The notes under the pieces are model-generated. The model did not search any database and was not told where the DNA came from. It saw nothing but the letters and a program-made list of their open reading frames with translations. Both the position numbers and the translations under genes were made by a program. Shown here piece by piece: positions 42,237 to 45,923 of a stretch of 45,923 bases of DNA (its first letter is position 1; every line of letters begins with the position of its first letter). This DNA is from Actinomycetota bacterium (GTDB lineage: Bacteria > Actinomycetota > Actinomycetes > S36-B12): positions 1 through 45,923 of the forward strand of contig JAPOJD010000002.1 in assembly GCA_029978585.1 (NCBI GenBank), given 5' to 3'.

Positions 42237-42569
42237 GTGCTCGGGAACTCCTACTCCTACGCCGTGGGCCCGGTCATGGCGCTGGTGTTCCTCGGCGTCC
42301 TCATCCTGCTCCTGCGCTGGGCATTCCGGCGCGGAGCCTCAGTAGTGGCCGCACCGCCACGCAGCGGACGGGACGGGGAGTACGGCCTGCTCGTGCCCGT
42401 CGCCAGTCCCCCGACGTATGTCGAGGGCGAAATGGTGCGCCGCACCCTGGAGGACAGCGGAATCCGCGCCACCCTCGCCCAGACTCTCGACGGCCCGCGG
42501 GTGATGGTGTGGCCGACGGACGAGAAGCGAGCCCGCGAGGCACTCAGGACGGGTCGCCCACCCGAGTGA
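42237..42569 (+). CDS. Small membrane-anchored hypothetical protein (one TM helix plus a roughly 70-aa soluble domain)
   Basis: This is the frame of ORF 42078..42569. Its coding-looking part starts at about GTG 42237: [33 protein letters not shown] (TM), followed by ...[34 protein letters not shown].... The start is uncertain, and the last 26 nt overlap the murA 3' end. Confidence 0.45.
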   Translation: MLGNSYSYAVGPVMALVFLGVLILLLRWAFRRGASVVAAPPRSGRDGEYGLLVPVASPPTYVEGEMVRRTLEDSGIRATLAQTLDGPRVMVWPTDEKRAREALRTGRPPE

Positions 42570-43821
42570 CGTCGGCGCCCAGGCGCCGTAGGTCGTCGAC
42601 GAAGCCGGCGTAGCCACGATCGATGTGGTGCACCTCGTGCACCGTGGTCTCGCCCTCCGCGACGAGACCCGCGAGGACGAGTCCGGCACCGGCCCGGATG
42701 TCCGTGGCCTCGACCGGGGCACCACTGAGCTGCTCCCTCCCCCGGACGATGGCGTGGTGGCCCTCGGTGTGCACATCGGCCCCAAGCCGCGCGAGCTCGT
42801 GCACGAAGCGGAAGCGCGCCTCGAAGAGGTTCTCGGTGACCAGGGCCGCACCGATCGCAACGGCATTCAAGGCGATGAACTGAGGCTGCAGGTCAGTGGG
42901 GAAGCCCGGGTAGGGCAGCGTCACGATGTCGACGGCCGAGGGTCGGACGTCCATGCTGACGCGGAAGCCGTCGTCGAGCACCTCCACGGTGGCCCCGGCC
43001 ACCGCGAGCTTGTCCAGGGCGATCTCCAGGTGCTCCGCACGCGCCCGGCGCACCCACACGTCACCCTGCGTGATGGCCGCTGCCACCGCCCAGGTACCCG
43101 CCACGATCCGGTCGGGCACCGTGCGGTGCTCCACCGGCCGCAGGGACTCGACCCCCTCGACCTCGAGAGTCGATGTGCCGATGCCGCCGATGCGGGCGCC
43201 CATCGCTTCGAGCATGCGGCAGATATCGACGATCTCCGGCTCGCGCGCGGCATTGTCGATGACCGTCCGGCCCGGCGACGTCACCGCGGCCATGAGGAGG
43301 GTCTCGGTGGCTCCCACGCTGGGGAAGTCCAGCCACAGGGAGGTCCCGCGCAGGCCCGCGGGTGCCGTGGCCAGCAGGTAGCCGTGCTCGCTGGACACCT
43401 CGGCGCCGAGACGCTGTAGCCCCCCCACGTGCATGTCGAGGCCGCGGGAACCGATGTTGTCGCCACCGGGCAGGGCCACGTCCGCGGCTCCGCAGCGGGC
43501 CAGCAGCGGCCCCAGGACGCATATCGATGCCCTCATGCGCCGGACCAGGTCGTAGTCCGCTCGGTGCTCCAGGCGCGCGGGGACGTCCATCACCACCGTG
43601 CGCTCGGCTGGGTCGTGGGAGACCTCGCAGCCCAGCCGCCGCAGAAGCTCGGCCATGATGTCGACGTCGAGAATCCCTGGGACGTCGTACAGGGTGGTCC
43701 GGCCCTCTGCGAGCAGGGCCGCGGCCATGAGCTTGAGGACGCTGTTCTTGGCGCCGAGGACCTCGACCTCGCCGCTGAGGCGGCTCCCGCCCACGATCCG
43801 CAGCGCCTCCACGGGGACCAT
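42544..43821 (-). CDS. murA: UDP-N-acetylglucosamine 1-carboxyvinyltransferase
   Basis: The 425-aa ORF begins [34 protein letters not shown] and has the active-site loop [15 protein letters not shown], with Asp where E. coli has Cys115. The C-terminus reads [19 protein letters not shown]. Confidence 0.93.
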   Translation of the reverse strand: MVPVEALRIVGGSRLSGEVEVLGAKNSVLKLMAAALLAEGRTTLYDVPGILDVDIMAELLRRLGCEVSHDPAERTVVMDVPARLEHRADYDLVRRMRASICVLGPLLARCGAADVALPGGDNIGSRGLDMHVGGLQRLGAEVSSEHGYLLATAPAGLRGTSLWLDFPSVGATETLLMAAVTSPGRTVIDNAAREPEIVDICRMLEAMGARIGGIGTSTLEVEGVESLRPVEHRTVPDRIVAGTWAVAAAITQGDVWVRRARAEHLEIALDKLAVAGATVEVLDDGFRVSMDVRPSAVDIVTLPYPGFPTDLQPQFIALNAVAIGAALVTENLFEARFRFVHELARLGADVHTEGHHAIVRGREQLSGAPVEATDIRAGAGLVLAGLVAEGETTVHEVHHIDRGYAGFVDDLRRLGADVTRVGDPS

Positions 43822-43877
43822 GCTAGGCAGTGACCGGTCCGGCGCGGCCGCGCCGGGCGCGACAGCTCCCCCTGCCC

Positions 43878-43883
43878 TAGGGT
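43878..43883 (+). promoter_or_regulatory. Candidate -10 hexamer TAGGGT, 6 nt upstream of the adenosyltransferase GTG
   Basis: The sequence reads TAGGGTcgggggGTG in the 68-nt murA-divergent spacer. Confidence 0.3.
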
Positions 43884-43889
43884 CGGGGG

Positions 43890-44471
43890 GTGGTCAACCT
43901 CACGCGCATCTACACCCGCACCGGCGACGACGGGACGACGTCGCTGGGCGACATGTCGCGCACGACGAAGACCGACCTGCGCCTGGAGGCCTACGCCGAC
44001 GTGGACGAGGCGAACTCGTGCCTGGGCGTCGCCCTGGCAGCCGGGGGCCTAGACGCGGGCATCGCGGAGTTGCTCACCGCCGTTCAGAACGACCTCTTCG
44101 ACGTGGGAGCCGACCTGTGCACGCCCGTCGTGCCGAAGCCGGAGTACCCGCCCCTGCGGATCACCCCGGAGTACGTCGAGCGCCTCGAGCGGGCCTGCGA
44201 TGAGTACAACGAGCGGCTCCAGCCGCTGCGGTCCTTCATCCTGCCCGGAGGCACCCCGGGAGCTGCGCACCTGCACGTCGCCCGCACCGTGGTCCGGCGC
44301 GCCGAGCGGGCGACCTGGCGGGCGATCGACGAGTACGGCGATTCCATCAACAGCCTCGCCGCGCACTACCTCAACCGGCTGTCGGACCTGCTCTTCATCC
44401 TCGCGCGTTGCGCGAACCTCCCGCAGGGCGACGTGCTGTGGCGCCCCGGCGGGTCCGCGACGGATAGGTGA
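43890..44471 (+). CDS. PduO-type ATP:cob(I)alamin adenosyltransferase
   Basis: The 193-aa ORF begins [40 protein letters not shown] and continues ...[12 protein letters not shown]...FILPGG...[13 protein letters not shown]. Confidence 0.88.
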   Translation: MVNLTRIYTRTGDDGTTSLGDMSRTTKTDLRLEAYADVDEANSCLGVALAAGGLDAGIAELLTAVQNDLFDVGADLCTPVVPKPEYPPLRITPEYVERLERACDEYNERLQPLRSFILPGGTPGAAHLHVARTVVRRAERATWRAIDEYGDSINSLAAHYLNRLSDLLFILARCANLPQGDVLWRPGGSATDR

Positions 44472-44504
44472 TCCGTCGCGCCTCGGTCTTGCGAGATCCC
44501 GGGG

Positions 44505-44894
44505 TCAGCGGCCGCCCATGGCAACCGTGAGCCGCGTCTCCGCGCGGCGCGCTGCCCGCGACTCAGGCTCGCCCTCCGGCGTCTGCTGCTGCGCTCGAGC
44601 GAGCGCCGCCTTGGCGCGCTCCACGTCGATCTCCTCGGCGAGTTCGGCGGTCTCGGCGATGACGTTCACGCGATCGGAGTCCACGGAGAAGAACCCGCCG
44701 TGCACGGCCACGAGCACCTTCGTGCCCTCCGCCGTCTCGATGCGCAGCGGCGCCTCCAGCAGGAGCGCGAGCACCGGGGCGTGCCCCGGCAGGACGCCCA
44801 TCTCCCCGTCGGGCGTCTTGGCCACCACGCTCTTGGCGTGCCCCTGCCAGACGGCCCGCTCCGCGGAGACGACCGCGACTTCGAGTTCGGCCAC
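44505..44894 (-). CDS. atpC: F0F1 ATP synthase subunit epsilon
   Basis: From GTG 44894, 2 nt after the atpD stop, the sequence is VAELEVAVVSAERAVWQGHAKSVVAKTPDGEMGVLPGHAPVLALL...AVHGGFFSVDSDRVNVIAETAELAEEID. Confidence 0.9.
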   Translation of the reverse strand: MAELEVAVVSAERAVWQGHAKSVVAKTPDGEMGVLPGHAPVLALLLEAPLRIETAEGTKVLVAVHGGFFSVDSDRVNVIAETAELAEEIDVERAKAALARAQQQTPEGEPESRAARRAETRLTVAMGGR

Positions 44895-44896
44895 GA

Positions 44897-45923
<1,027 letters not shown>

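Overview
This is a very GC-rich actinobacterial chromosomal segment, by eye about 70% GC with third codon positions almost all G/C. It is packed end to end with about 41 genes, and no intergenic gap exceeds about 175 nt. I see no rRNA, tRNA, CRISPR array, transposase, integrase, phage gene or recognisable defence gene. I do not find a convincing novel system. Almost everything here is core metabolism.

Gene order, recalled from memory and worth verifying, follows two Mycobacterium tuberculosis blocks joined at glgX.

- Positions 1-16100 resemble Rv3011c-Rv3039c. They carry gatA, gatC, a BMP lipoprotein, ligA, a MetE-like protein, mnmA, a cysteine desulfurase and etfA/etfB. These are followed by a methylglucose-lipopolysaccharide (MGLP)-like set (methyltransferase, GH57, GT4, acetyltransferase, methyltransferase) and echA.
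- Positions 16200-45923 carry glgX and then an Rv1328-Rv1310-like block. This holds glgP, glgE, glgB, a thioredoxin-TPR protein, meaB, a thiolase, methylmalonyl-CoA epimerase, nucS, murA, a PduO-type adenosyltransferase, atpC and atpD.
- Interspersed in that second block are ccr, an AT3-SGNH acyltransferase, a secreted pentapeptide-repeat protein, a five-gene acyl-CoA/hydrolase operon, an aldehyde dehydrogenase and ecm/meaA.

The points most worth a second look are:

- An in-frame TAG sits inside the conserved N-terminal motif of the Rv3032-like GT4 glucosyltransferase.
- Eight genes have a TANNNT hexamer 6-8 nt upstream of the start codon. This suggests leaderless transcripts and revises several start calls.
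- The MGLP-like genes are fused with glgX-glgP-glgE-glgB into one alpha-glucan neighbourhood.
- A five-gene operon headed by a tandem-duplicated 3-hydroxyacyl-CoA dehydrogenase is tightly translationally coupled and uncharacterised.
- A secreted, Cys-capped pentapeptide-repeat protein has its own clear promoter.
- Several convergent gene pairs have zero or negative spacing and no room for terminators.

Many long ORFs in the six-frame track are antisense or out-of-frame artefacts of the GC content and were rejected.
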